A DNA stretch of 64,000 nucleotides, from positions 16,864,001-16,928,000 of the forward strand of contig OX597824.1 in NCBI GenBank assembly GCA_951406725.2, in the 5' to 3' direction. The notes beneath the pieces are model-generated. The model worked only from the letters and a program-made list of their open reading frames with translations. It was not told the DNA's origin and did not search any database. Position numbers and translations under genes: made by a program. The stretch is from Octopus vulgaris. Lineage: Eukaryota. Numbering within the stretch: position 1 is the stretch's first letter; every line of letters begins with the position of its first letter. Positions 12,390 to 26,745 of the stretch are shown in pieces.

Positions 12390-12826
12390 AGGAGTATAAC
12401 TCCAAACTTACAGGGAAACATTCAATTTAGTATTAAATCAAATTTCAAAATATAAATATATAATATATAACTTAGAGAAAAACCACTGTTATGCAATTCA
12501 AACAATGATAAACATAAACCAAATCATAAAAAAAATTTTTAAAATATATAACTCTATTTACTCATTGCTAACCTGAAGAGTGACTATAATTTTGAATGAA
12601 ATTGTTTTTTGATTAAATCTAAATTTAATTGTAATTCGAATTTAAATTATAGCCATGAAACCTACGTAGTTTTTTTTCTACTTATTATATATTGTTTATT
12701 CATTTTTGTACTTTTTTGATCTAGTTATATGTTTTAAAAATATATTTTATATTTTATTTATGATTTGGTTTATGTCTTTAATTGTTTGAATTGCATAATA
12801 GTGTTTTTTTCTCTAATTTATATATA
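12390..12826. mobile_element. (TA)n-flanked Penelope-like remnant with inverted arms and hammerhead motif
   Basis: Imperfect inverted repeat ~12464-12553 / ~12723-12826 enclosing a hammerhead core. Confidence 0.65.
12570..12671 (+). ncRNA. Hammerhead ribozyme motif (type I, long stem II)
   Basis: AAC-CTGAAGA-GTGACTATAATTT...AAATTATAGCCAT-GAAAC-CTAC-GTA-GTT. All core nucleotides and three stems are present. Confidence 0.7.
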
Positions 12827-13119
12827 CGGTTTTTTTTCAGTTTCCGTCTGCCAAATCCACTCACGAATCTTTGGTAGGCCCGAGACTATAGTAGAAAGCA
12901 TCTGCCTAAGGTGCCCCACAGTGGGACTAAACCTGGAACCATGTGGTTTGGAAGCCATGCAGCATACCTTTCATGGATACACTCAAGAAATGTCAGCTAC
13001 TACACACTCAATCGTAGACCAACAAGCAGCCATAAAGGGACGACAAAACTGAAAGAAAATAAATTCAGGTGGTGGTGCTACAGCATGGCCTCACTAAGAG
13101 GGTTCATATTGGTGAATAA

Positions 13120-14035
13120 ATATTCTTTATTCGTGCGATCACCAATCTACCATTGGTTTCATGCTGAGAGAGATAGCAATTGTTCCGAGTCTGTTACCCG
13201 GGTCGTTGGTGTTCATCTCCATGCAGGATGGAGAGAGAGAGAAATAAAGAGAGAGAGAGAGGGGGGAGGGAGAGTTAGAGGAAGAGATACTGTGCTCACC
13301 GTATTAATTGAACATTCGTCTCTATCGAGAATGCAGAGAGAGAATAAGCGAGAGAGAGAGAGAGAGAGAGACAGAGAGGGATAGAAAGAGAGAAAAAGAA
13401 ATACTCTGCTCAGCGTATTATTTGAACATTCTTTATTCGAGCGTTAACCAGACTACCATTGGTTTCATGCTGAGAGAGATATCACTCAGCAAATATTCTA
13501 AGTCTGTCACATGGTGCGTTGGTGTTCGTCTCTATCCAACATGAAAAGGGATAGAGAGAGAGAGAGACGGAGAAAGCGAGAGAGAGAGAGGGGCAGAGAA
13601 ATAGATACTGCGCTCACCGTATTATTTGAATATTCTTTATTCGAGCGATAACCAGACTACCAATAGTTTCATGCTGCGAGAGATATCACTCAACAATTAT
13701 TTCTAGTCTGTCACATGGAGCGTTAGGGTTCCTCTCCAGCCAACATGAAAAGAGAGAAAGAGAGAGAGAGATGGAGGGAGCGAGAGATAGAGAGAAATAG
13801 ATGGAGAGAGAAATAGATGCTGAGCTCACCGTATTATTCGAGCGATAATCAGACTACCATTAGTTTCATGCTGCCAGGGATATCATTCAGCAATTATTCC
13901 AAGTCTGTCGCATGGAGCGTTGGTGTTCGTTTCCCTCCAACACGGAGAGAGAGAGAGAGAATGTGTATGAGACAGAGTGCGAGACAGAGAGAGAGAGGGA
14001 AAAATAGATATTGTGCTCACCGTATTATTAGAACA
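13120..14035. repeat. Complex tandem repeat (~200-bp unit containing (AG)n), about 4-5 copies
   Basis: TTATTCGAGCGATAACCAGACTACCATTGGTTTCATGCTG and GCTCACCGTATTA recur repeatedly. Confidence 0.85.
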
Positions 14036-14535
14036 TACGGATATTGTATAACATCTATATATCAATATCCGAATTATACATTAATTTATGCATGACAGAG
14101 GGCAAGCCGTCATTTTCTACAGTCTAGTTGCTTTCACATATCCTACCATAGCTTGAAGACACCTACATTATTCAAAAATAAGGACCAATGTCAGAGAATA
14201 GCAGCGGCAACAGAATCGTCATCAACAGCAACGAACGGTGCTCTTAGCGTTATTGTTAGTTTTTTTTTACTGCCTTTTAGCAATTAAACCTAAGCCATTG
14301 TGTGTTTTGGAACAAATCTCTATTCCTTCTATTACTAAATCCATGCTAGTTTAATACTTGAGTTATGTAATGTATTTCAAACCGATCTCGTTTTTTTTTC
14401 TTTTTTTTCCCTCCATACATTTCTAACTTTTATTTTCGTGTTGTCTTTTTTTGCCACCATTTTCTTTTTTTAAAAATGTTTCTCTTTTGTTGTTTTTTTC
14501 TTTCTCCAGTCGTGTTTCTGATTTAAATAAGGCTG

Positions 14536-14536
<1 letters not shown>

Positions 14537-14607
<71 letters not shown>

Positions 14608-14631
14608 CATCACAACCACCAGCACCACCAG

Positions 14632-14665
<34 letters not shown>

Positions 14666-14746
14666 TTACAACTACCACCACCACCATCACAACCACCACC
14701 ACCACCAGACTAATACTACTACTACTGCAACTACTAGAACAACAAC

Positions 14747-14779
<33 letters not shown>

Positions 14780-14920
14780 TACTGCTACTGCCACTACTAC
14801 TACTACTACCACCACCACCAATACTACTACTACTACTACCAACACCACCACTATTACAACTATCACCACCACCACCACCACCACCACCACCACCACCATC
14901 ACCACCACCACCACCATCAG

Positions 14921-14952
<32 letters not shown>

Positions 14953-15076
14953 AACCACCACCACCACCACTATTACAACTACCACCACCACCATCACCAC
15001 CAGACTACTACTACTACTACTACTACTAACACCAGCACCACTACTATTGCTACAATTACTATTACTACCACAGCCA

Positions 15077-15124
<48 letters not shown>

Positions 15125-15520
15125 GCTGCTGCTGCTGCTGCTACTGATGATGATGATGATGATGCTGTTGCTGCTGAGAATGTCACTGCTGCATCAACCC
15201 ATTTGTCTTTCTAGCTGTTGCTATCGCAGCCGGTAATCCGCTGCTTTTTGGCATCTATTGCTGCTGCTACTACGTGTTGCTGCTGCTGCTGCTGCTACTA
15301 CTGCTGCTACTACTGCTGCTGTTCTTGCTGTCGTTGCAGTTACCGATGCTGCTGCTGCTACTACTACAACTACTACCATCATCATCTCTACGCTAACGCC
15401 ACCACAACGCCCCGCCCCCGCCCACGCCATCACTACTTCTACTGCTATTACTACTGCTACTGCTACTGCTACTGCTGCTACTGTGTTGTTGTTGTTGTTG
15501 TTGCTGTTGTTGCTACTGCT
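14537..15520. repeat. Compound trinucleotide repeats (ACT/ACC/GCT/GTT)
   Basis: Directly visible. Confidence 0.9.
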
Positions 15521-15611
15521 TCGTTCTGACTCTCTAAATTCTAGTGATTATATCCAGGAAACAGAAAAGATCCTATTAATGTAATATGAAACACATCAAT
15601 AAATTGAAACC

Positions 15612-15690
<79 letters not shown>

Positions 15691-15698
15691 ATATATAC

Positions 15699-15740
<42 letters not shown>

Positions 15741-15860
15741 ATATATATGTATATGTATATATATATATGTATATATATATGTGTGTGTGTGTGTATATAT
15801 ACATACATACATACATACATACATACATACATGCATACATGCATACATATATATATACAT

Positions 15861-15933
<73 letters not shown>

Positions 15934-15936
<3 letters not shown>

Positions 15937-16174
15937 AGAATTCACAAAGAAAACAAAAGACGAAGACATGTGGTGAAGACAACAAACAGATGTATTAGTA
16001 TAACGCTCGGGAAGTGAAATTGTCTTTAACATTTCGAGCCTGCGCTCTTCTACAGAAAGGAACACAGAAAGAAACATGGAGAGAAAATAAAGAATGTGTA
16101 GTGGCTAGCGATCTATCATGGCGAATGCTGGACAGAAGGGTCACACAGGAGTGCTAGAGAGAAGGGGAGATAAT
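15934..16174 (-). mobile_element. Short (TA)n-adjacent element with variant hammerhead motif (family H1)
   Basis: Minus strand 16024-16059 reads CTTT-CTGTAGA-A-GAGC-GCAG-GCTC-GAAATGTT-AAAG. Homologous to 33029-33176 and 55375-55570. Confidence 0.65.
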
Positions 16175-16547
16175 ACACACACACACACATATATATATTA
16201 GGTAAAAGAAAGTTAGGGGCAATAATTAAGAGACAAGCCAGGTTATGTTAACGATCAACTTGAGTTGAGGTTGCTGTGTGAAGGGGAGCTCGAGATCACA
16301 TTGTCTTTTTTGAACTAACAAGATGTGAACTGAATGAGATTTAGCCGCTACCTTTCCATAATGAGTCTCCCACCTTCACTTAATGAATTTGAATACATTT
16401 AAACTAATGTTTGCTGGATAAATGTACTTGAGAATGAATTTAATGCATGTGGTTTTTTGTTGAGAGGTCGGCAAAGAGACAGATAGATAGGTAGTTAGAG
16501 GTAAGGAAACTGGAATTAGATAGAGTGAGAGTTAGATTGTTACTTAT

Positions 16548-16705
16548 ATGCAGACGTGGTTGTGTGGAAAGCAGCTTGCTTCTCAACCACATGGTGTCCG
16601 GTTCAATCCCACTGCATGACACATGGGGCAATTATCTTGTACTATAGCCTCGTGCCGACCCAGGCCTTGTGAGTAGATTTAATAGACGGGCACTGAAGGA
16701 AACAC

Positions 16706-16710
<5 letters not shown>
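16548..16710 (+). mobile_element. Family-A SINE head
   Basis: Similar to 10167-10330. Confidence 0.75.
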
Positions 16711-16793
<83 letters not shown>

Positions 16794-17039
16794 GTACATA
16801 CATATATATATATATATATACATATGTACATACATACATGCATATATATATATTTTCTATCACGTGATCACGTGACCGACCAGGCTATCAGATGTTGCTA
16901 CACATCGTTGGTCACAATGCGCTTCGCATTATTTTAGCCTTCAGATGATGCCATCCCGCTGGCTAAGCGAACAGGCCTTATATTTTATATACACCACTGA
17001 ACAAGTTGTAGGTTTATTGCTGGTTATACCGGCAGCCTA

Positions 17040-17452
17040 AATACCTATTTCTTTATTGCCCACAAGGGGCTAAACACAGAAAGGACAACCAAAGGGGTTA
17101 AGTCGATTACATCGACCCCAGTGCGTAAGTGGTACTTATTTAATCGACCCCGAATCGATGAAAGGCAAAGTCGACCTCGGCGGAATTTGAACTCAGAACG
17201 TAACGGCAGCTTAAATACCTATTTCTTTATTGCCCACAAGGGGCTAAACTCAGAAAGGAAAAACAAGGACAGACAAAGGGATTAAGTCAATTATATCGAC
17301 CACGGGGCGTAAGTGGTACCTATTTAATAGACCCCGAAAGGATGAAAGGCAAAGTCGACCTCGGCGGAATTTGAACTCAAAACGTAAAGACAGACGATAC
17401 GCCGCTAAGCATTTCACCCGGAGTGCTAACGTTTCCACCAGGTCACTGCCTT
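17040..17452 (-). mobile_element. Family-B SINE dimer
   Basis: Two tandem units, reverse complement of the 5779-6546 units. Confidence 0.85.
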
Positions 17453-17755
17453 ATTCGTAGTTTGCATTCACCGGATTACTGATACCAAGTGCTCAATGTT
17501 AGTGTTACTATATAAAAGGAACTTAACAAGTACAAACTGGAGTAAGCCGAAACGCAGAGAAACTGCATAATACGACAGTCTTATTGAAATGATGAATAAA
17601 ATTTAAATGATTTTGGTAAGAAACGTCAGAAGCGGAGTTTGATAATTAATCAAATAAAATCTAGTTCACTATTGCGTAGCGTCTTATTGAATCTATTTCC
17701 CCTCTCTCTCTCTCTTCTTCTTCTCTCTTTCTCTTTCTCTCTCTCTCTTTCTCTC

Positions 17756-17796
<41 letters not shown>

Positions 17797-17815
17797 GTAT
17801 ATATATATGTATATG

Positions 17816-17863
<48 letters not shown>

Positions 17864-18049
17864 TACATATATATAAATACATAGGTATACGCATATAAAT
17901 GTATTTATACATATATTTATATATAAATTTATACATGTATATATATGTATTCATATATATGAATATATGTATATGTGTGTACGTGTATGCAAATACGTAT
18001 GTATATAAGTACGTAAATATATATATTTTTATGCATATATTTATATATT

Positions 18050-18083
<34 letters not shown>

Positions 18084-18145
18084 AGTACATATAATCATGC
18101 ATGAAAATCTCGCCTCCCCCGCCCTCTCTCCCCCTCTCTCTCTCT

Positions 18146-18192
<47 letters not shown>

Positions 18193-18379
18193 GAAGGAGA
18201 GAGAGATAGGCAGAGAATGAAACGGTTCGCCAGGAAAATACTTGAATAATGAGGGAAAATAAAATAAATACCTATATATGTACACACATGCATACATACA
18301 AACACACACACACATATATATACATATGTGTATAAATGCGCGCATTCTGCCCTTTCTCTTCCCCTCTCGCTCTGTCATT

Positions 18380-18614
18380 ATCTATCTATCTATATATCTA
18401 TCTTTCAATCTATCTATCATTCAATCATTCAATCATTCTATCTATCTATCTCTATCTATCTATCTCTCTTTCTATCTGTCCGTCTATCTATCTATCTATC
18501 TATCTATCAATCTATCTATCTATCATTCAATCATTCTATCTATCTATCTATCTCTCTCTCTCTCTTTCTATCTGTCTGTCTATCTGTCTGTCTATTTATC
18601 TAACTATCTATTTC

Positions 18615-18648
<34 letters not shown>

Positions 18649-18656
18649 CATATCTC

Positions 18657-18693
<37 letters not shown>

Positions 18694-18762
18694 ATATCTA
18701 TCTATCTATCTATCCATCTATCTCAATCTATCTATCTATCATTCAATCAATCTATCTCTCTC

Positions 18763-18823
<61 letters not shown>

Positions 18824-18893
18824 ATCTATCTATTTATCTATCTATCCATCTATCTATCTATCTCTCTATCTATCTATCCATCTATCTCAATCA

Positions 18894-18940
<47 letters not shown>

Positions 18941-18958
18941 CATATCTAACTATCTATA

Positions 18959-19041
<83 letters not shown>

Positions 19042-19080
19042 TTATCTATCTATCTATCCATCCATCTATCCACCCATCCA
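18380..19080. repeat. Degenerate (CTAT)n array
   Basis: Directly visible. Confidence 0.9.
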
Positions 19081-19650
19081 ACTCCCTCGCTGCCCACAAT
19101 CTTCCTCCTCTTGACTATTTCACTGACCTCAGCACATGTCACAAATTTAATCTTACAATTTTCTCCTGTTGACTTTTATCGTTGTATTTTGTTGATTTCT
19201 ATATTATCATTACCTAACAGGACTTCAACTCACCAATTAATTTTTCCCTCGTTTATTTCTCCATTCTCTAATAACATTTTGCATCGCTTCATAGTTTCTC
19301 TCCATCCAGCACAACCTCTCTCCTCCCTCTCCTTGATGTCCTTTCATCTATTTCTTCAATAACCCCCTCTTCTTTTCTACCAGGTTCTCTCAAATTTTCC
19401 CTTTATCTCAATTTACGTTTCTCTAACAACATCTCTATTTCACACTTACCTTCTTTCTTTCTCTCTCTCCCTCTTCTTTCCTGCCTTTAATTCTTTTTTT
19501 GTTCTTTCTTTCTCTTTTGCTTCTTTTGTAATACTTTCAGATTTGGTCTTTCATATACGTCTTTATTGAGAACTTTCCATGCTCATTATTATGCATATAA
19601 GTATGTAGATAAGTATGTACATATATATATGTACATATCCATATATATAA

Positions 19651-19743
<93 letters not shown>

Positions 19744-19784
19744 GTATATATATAGATATATATTTATATATATATACATATACA

Positions 19785-19820
<36 letters not shown>

Positions 19821-19953
19821 TGTATATATGTATGTATGTATGTATGTATGCACATATTTTGTATCTATGTATATGCGAATTAATACTTCTAGTTGCACAT
19901 GCATGTGTGCATATGTAAGCAAATACGCATATATATATAGAATATATATACAT

Positions 19954-20002
<49 letters not shown>

Positions 20003-20031
20003 CATTCATATATATATATATATATATCTAT

Positions 20032-20083
<52 letters not shown>

Positions 20084-20115
20084 TCGAACACAGATATATT
20101 TAGGGAGAGATGGAG

Positions 20116-20164
<49 letters not shown>

Positions 20165-20987
20165 ATGAGACTAACAGAAAGAGAGAGGGATAGTTTTGTG
20201 AATAACATCTTGTCCTCTTCCACCACCACGAACATCCCCACCGCTCCGCTTTTCTCTTTTTCCTTATCTCATAGTTTTTCTCTATTTTCTCTCTCTGTCT
20301 CTCCCACACTCTCTCCTCTCACTCTTTTTTCGCTTTCTTTCTTAATTTTATGCATCTATTACCATCTCTCTTTCCTTCGTTTCTCTTTCACATCCGAAAC
20401 CTCTTCCCTACTTCCACCTGACACCACGCTATATAAGTATTTCCAGCCCAGTTAAAACTATCGAGAATTAACGTCTTCAGGAATATCTTCCTCGTCCATA
20501 TCTTATCCTACAGGCATCAACCTCCACAAATCTTATCCAGACATCGAACTCTCTACTATGGGTGGGGCGATGAGAGAAAATATCTGTAAGGGTCACAACC
20601 TTTCTGCCTTATACTTTGACTAAATATTTGAAAACCAAATGAAAACAGCGTAAACTTAAGGCGGGTCATAACTCAGTGAAGTTTTGATTTGATCTTTGCC
20701 ATGTTTGTCTTTGAATAACGCACAGCAAACGAAGGCACTCGCTATTCTACATATTATTTCTCCACGTAAAACATTTCTTCATTGTAAACATACAGCAAAA
20801 TCACAGCCGGTGTGGTTTCCTTGTAGGTAAGTGCTCCCCACACGTACATAATGACGCAGCTATATCTTCTTAACTCATGTTACAGTTTTGAAGCATAAAA
20901 CATAAAATGACGCGCATAACTGTGCGGTTGAAAAGTTCGCTTTACAACCACGTACGTCGGTTTCAGTTCCGTTATGCGGCACGTACG

Positions 20988-21339
20988 CAATGGCCCAGTG
21001 GTTAGGGCAGCGGACTCGCGGTCATAGGATCGCGGTTTCGATTCCCAGACCGGGCGTTGTGAGTGTTTATTGAGCGAAAACACCTAAAGCTCTACCAGGC
21101 TCCGGCAGGGGATGGTGGTGATCCCTGCTGTACTCTTTCACCACAACTTTCTCTCACTCTTACTTCCTGTTTCTGTTGTACCTGTATTTCAAAGGACCGG
21201 CCTTGTCACTCTCTGTGTCACGCTGAATATCCCGGAGAACTACGTTAAGGGTACACGTGTCTGTGGAGTGCTCAGCCACTTACACGTTAATTTCACGGAT
21301 CAACCGGAACTCTCGTCGTCGTAACCGACGGAGTGCTTC
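20988..21339 (+). mobile_element. OR-type tRNA SINE nested in an older family-A head
   Basis: Same head as 1723. CACGTACG duplicated at 20980-20987 and 21340-21347. The flanks join into a diverged family-A head. Confidence 0.8.
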
Positions 21340-21596
21340 CACGTACGACAAGGGACTTCAAATATATCCCTGGTCTGGCCAATGGCTTCTGAGTGAAATC
21401 GTCAGGCAAAAATTGCGTTCAATCCTGTCGCATACTTTAAATATACAACCGAAAGGGCTACTAATGGTTGCATGCTAATTATAGAATATCTGATTTTGTA
21501 CATTTACAAAGTATTCCATGTAACTTAAGGCTCAGTGTATGCGATATATATAAATCTTAGACAAGGACGTTGGATAGTAAGGAAATAAGAATATAC

Positions 21597-21627
<31 letters not shown>

Positions 21628-21929
21628 GAGATCGACTTTTCTTTCATCCTTTCGGGGTCGATAAATTAAGTACCAGTTGCGTACTGAAGTTGATCTAATC
21701 GACTGAGACCTTCCACAAAACTTTCGAGTTTTGTGCCTAGAAATAGAAAATAATAATACTTTGTATATTCACTTGCCTAAATTGGTTATCCTTATGCTTA
21801 CAGTTCCTTTTCTACCGCTCAAGTTTAAACCCCTCGAGCACTTATTCATATATTTTATGCCGAGAATATTCGATTCTTATCTATGAACTATATACATACA
21901 TATTTATGTGTACAGAAAGCGTAAACAGT

Positions 21930-22285
21930 ATTCTTTTATTCGTTTACTTGTTTCAGTTATTTGACTGCGGCCATGCTTCAGCACCGCCTTTAGTCGAGCA
22001 AATCGACTCCAGGACTTATTGTTTGTAAGCCTAGTACTTATTCTATCGGTCTCTTTTGCCGAACCGCTAAGTTACAGGGGCGCAAACACACCAGCATCGG
22101 TTGTCAAGCGATGTTGGGAGGACAAACACAGACACACAAACATACCCCCTCCCACACACACATTTATATATGTAAATATACGACGGGCTTCTTTCAGTTT
22201 CTGTCTACCAAATCCACTCACAAAGCTTTGGTCGGCTCTATGCTACAGTAGAAGATACTTGCTCAAGGTGCCACGCAGTGGGACC
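21930..22285 (-). mobile_element. Family-A SINE, 5'-truncated
   Basis: Reverse complement of the family-A sequence. Confidence 0.85.
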
Positions 22286-22450
22286 GGTGTTTATTATTGG
22301 CGTAATACCCCTGCCGCGATATAAAAAATCTGTTTGATCACTGGCATTCACATGAAATATGTTGCATACAAAATACAAAAATGGAATGTTGCGATATTAA
22401 TGAATTGCGCACTTCAACATATATATTAGCGCCCCCTTTACACCCAGCAA

Positions 22451-22860
22451 TTCTTTTATTCTTTTATATGTTTCAGTCCAATGACTGTGGCCATGCTGGA
22501 GCACGCCATTGTAATTATCTTTTCACTTTTCACCCTCGTCGGAGTGGCTTTTGGTGAAGGATGGAGTTCGATGCTACTGCCCTCGAGTTTTTTGCTAGAT
22601 ATTGGCTCTTCCGGGATCTCGGTGAGCCAGAGGTCAAGTTCCCGTTTGAAAATGTCTACATCCACTCCATTAAGGCCTCTCAGATGCTTCGGCACACAGT
22701 TAAACAGCTGTGGACTCTTGGAACCCAAGCTATTGCAGTACATCGTCCTTGCCCGAGATGTAGCAGTCGGCACAGTGGGGACAGCACAGTGACGTCCTGT
22801 TCGTGGTTTGGTATAGCCCTTTATTCCAAAGTTTGGTACCAGTTCTTCCAATATGCAGTT
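22451..22860 (-). pseudogene. 5'-truncated CR1-group LINE (ORF2 C-terminus plus 3' tail)
   Basis: ORF 22456-22851: EELVPNFGI...PRTGRHC...PQLFNCVPKHLRGL...FKRELDLWLTEIPEEP, typical of CR1/L2-group ORF2 ends. Followed by TGCTCCAGCATGGCCACAGTCATTGGACTGAAACATATAAAAGAATAAAAGAA. Confidence 0.75.
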
Positions 22861-23163
22861 AATCTTGTCCTTAACTCTGGTACTGGAGAAAACAGTATTT
22901 CACATAACTCGACGACGGTTTGTAAAGGAATTCAGTCTGGCTTCCTTTATTTTTTTTGTTTCCGTTCTTCTTTTGTCGTTGTTTCTTTGTCCATTAAAAG
23001 TATACTTTAAAAAAAAGCACACATCAACACTAGACTCTCACGAACGCACAAATGTTAACATACACGGACTGCATATTTTGTATTGTTTATCAGTGTGTCT
23101 GTCCGTCTGTCTCTGACATACAGCGCTCTCAGTTTCTCAGAGGAAATGCCAGCGAGCGAGGCG

Positions 23164-23234
<71 letters not shown>

Positions 23235-23253
23235 GGAGGGATAAATAGATAGG

Positions 23254-23309
<56 letters not shown>

Positions 23310-23357
23310 CAGATAGATAGATAGATGGATGGATAGATAGATAGGTAGATAGATAGA

Positions 23358-23398
<41 letters not shown>

Positions 23399-23677
23399 AG
23401 GGAGATGGATGGAAACAGAGAGATCGTGAGAGAGCCACAAAACGTAGAATGAGAGACAGAAGAGATGGCAATTTAACAGACACAGAAATCACAAGATGTC
23501 TATCTTCGACGAAGAAGATAGAGGCTGAGAATTCTTTAAAATTTTCTACCTTTTCTTTGCAAAATTAACACTCACACACACATTCACACACATGTATATG
23601 GCGAAATAGATGGATAGGTATACATATACTTACGTATCCATGTAAATATCTGTGTGTAATCATGTGTGTGCTGTAAA

Positions 23678-23711
<34 letters not shown>

Positions 23712-24074
23712 GAGAAAATAAGAGAGATTCCTACATGTATATGTATATACAAATAAAAAGTGTGCGATAATAAGTGTATGTATCTGGCTGTGTGTATATA
23801 TATATATACATATATACAATGCATATATCTATCTAATATTTTTTCTTTTTTTTTTGCTAGTCTCAGCTCAGGGCTGCATCCATGCTGATGCACCGCCGTT
23901 TTGCTACACTGTTATTACTAAGAGCCTCCTCTAATATATATATGATATATATACTCTAATATATATATGATATATATATATAATATGTTGTAATACTTAC
24001 AACATTTAATAAAATGATGTAGTGCGAAACAATTGTACCAAATTACCGGAGTCATTCTTGTTGCTTATTTTGAT

Positions 24075-24112
<38 letters not shown>

Positions 24113-24141
24113 TATATAGATAGAGAGAGAGAGAGAGAGAG

Positions 24142-24203
<62 letters not shown>

Positions 24204-24877
24204 CGATAGATACATAGATAAATAGTAAGATAGTTAGATAGATCGATTTAAGACTTCATTTTTTGAAAATGCTCAATTACTGACTAAAAATTAATTAGGG
24301 ACACTAAGAATGTGTATGTGTGAGAAATAAAGCAATTAATGAGAAGCTACACTTTTTCAGAATAAAAATGCTGCCGATGCTTGTGTGTGGTACATTTATA
24401 CAAGCAATAAGTTTATATATGTAATATATGCATATATTTATATATGCATGGAATGGATGTATATAATCAATTTACGTGTGTATGTAATGCAAGTATATAA
24501 ACACTGTAATGAACATATATAACAACATATGCATGTTATTATATAGTTTTATTCCTAGACTTTTTTCTGGCAATGGAGACAGAGAGGGTTTCTAAACGAG
24601 ATCCAAGTAAGTCAACAAGACGTCTGCCAACTCTTATGTGGAAATATTGTTATTCTTATGAAGAAATATTGTTCTCCAACCAAAATCCTTCAAGACTTCA
24701 CGTCGGCGAACATGTAGGTTTAGATTATAAGTGCCTGTCTGGCTATTTGCTACCATTTGGAATCATTCCTTGTGCTGAGCTACATGTTTTCTACATGTTT
24801 TCTTTGATATATGCATAGGTATTCTCATAGGCGTAGTTGCATGGGTACACATATGAATATGTACTTTTGGAAAATGT

Positions 24878-25775
<898 letters not shown>

Positions 25776-26361
25776 TGAAAGTATATAATATATGCATGCG
25801 TGGATTGATGGTTAAGAATATTGCGTTGCATTTAATAGTTCCCGGTTTCGATACTATTGCGTGGCATTTCAGGCAAATGCTTTTGCTTTAGACTCGGCTG
25901 AATAAAGCTTCTAAGTTGTGTTGACAAAACTCTGAGGAAACTTTTGAATAGACCCTTCTTGTTATTCAAGAATCCAGCATTGTCGCAGGCTGTTACGTTG
26001 ATTGCATTTTGAATTACTTCAAGAATACACATGTCCATGGAATACTCAGGCACATCGCATGCACATTTGATACGGTCTGGGACTCTGTCTAGGAGGACGA
26101 CGAGTGTTTCAGTGATTCGATCAACAGAACAGTGTGTTCATTATATTAACGTACAGGTCACGCGTATCCTTAATATCGATCTCAGAGAAATTCAGTGTGT
26201 CACACAATGTGATAACTCATTTTTTGCCATGTGACTGGACAGGATTAACGGAAAATAAAAAAAATAACGATACATCGCACCGCCGGGAATCGAACTCGTG
26301 ACCATGCGATCGTGAGCCAAAGACCCCTATCCCTAAGCTATGCACCTTCAATTTGAAGAGT

Positions 26362-26745
26362 TTTATTCTTTTATTCTTTTACTTGTTTCAGTCATTTGAC
26401 TGCGGCCATGCTGGAGCACCGCCTTTAGTCGAACAAATCGACCTTCTTTGTAAGCCTAGTACTTATTCTATCGGTCTCATTTGCCGAGCCGCTAAGTTAC
26501 GGGGACGTAAACACACCAACAGCGGTTGTGAAGCGATTATGCGGGGACAAAGACAGATACACAAAGATACACACACACACACATATATACCCGACAAGCT
26601 TCTTTCAGTTTCCGTGTATTAAATCAACTCATAAGGTTTTGGACGGTCCGAGGCTATAGTAGAAAGCACTTGCGCAAGATGCCAAACAGTGGGACTGAAC
26701 CTGGAATCATGTGGTTGGGAAGCAAGCTACTTGCCACACAGTTAC
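26362..26745 (-). mobile_element. Family-A SINE
   Basis: Reverse complement of the family-A sequence. Confidence 0.85.

Noticed and set aside
14480-14530. Polypyrimidine tract plus CAG as a splice acceptor (and GTAAGT donor-like site near 20827)
   Set aside because: Such motifs are common by chance in this composition and no coherent coding exon follows.
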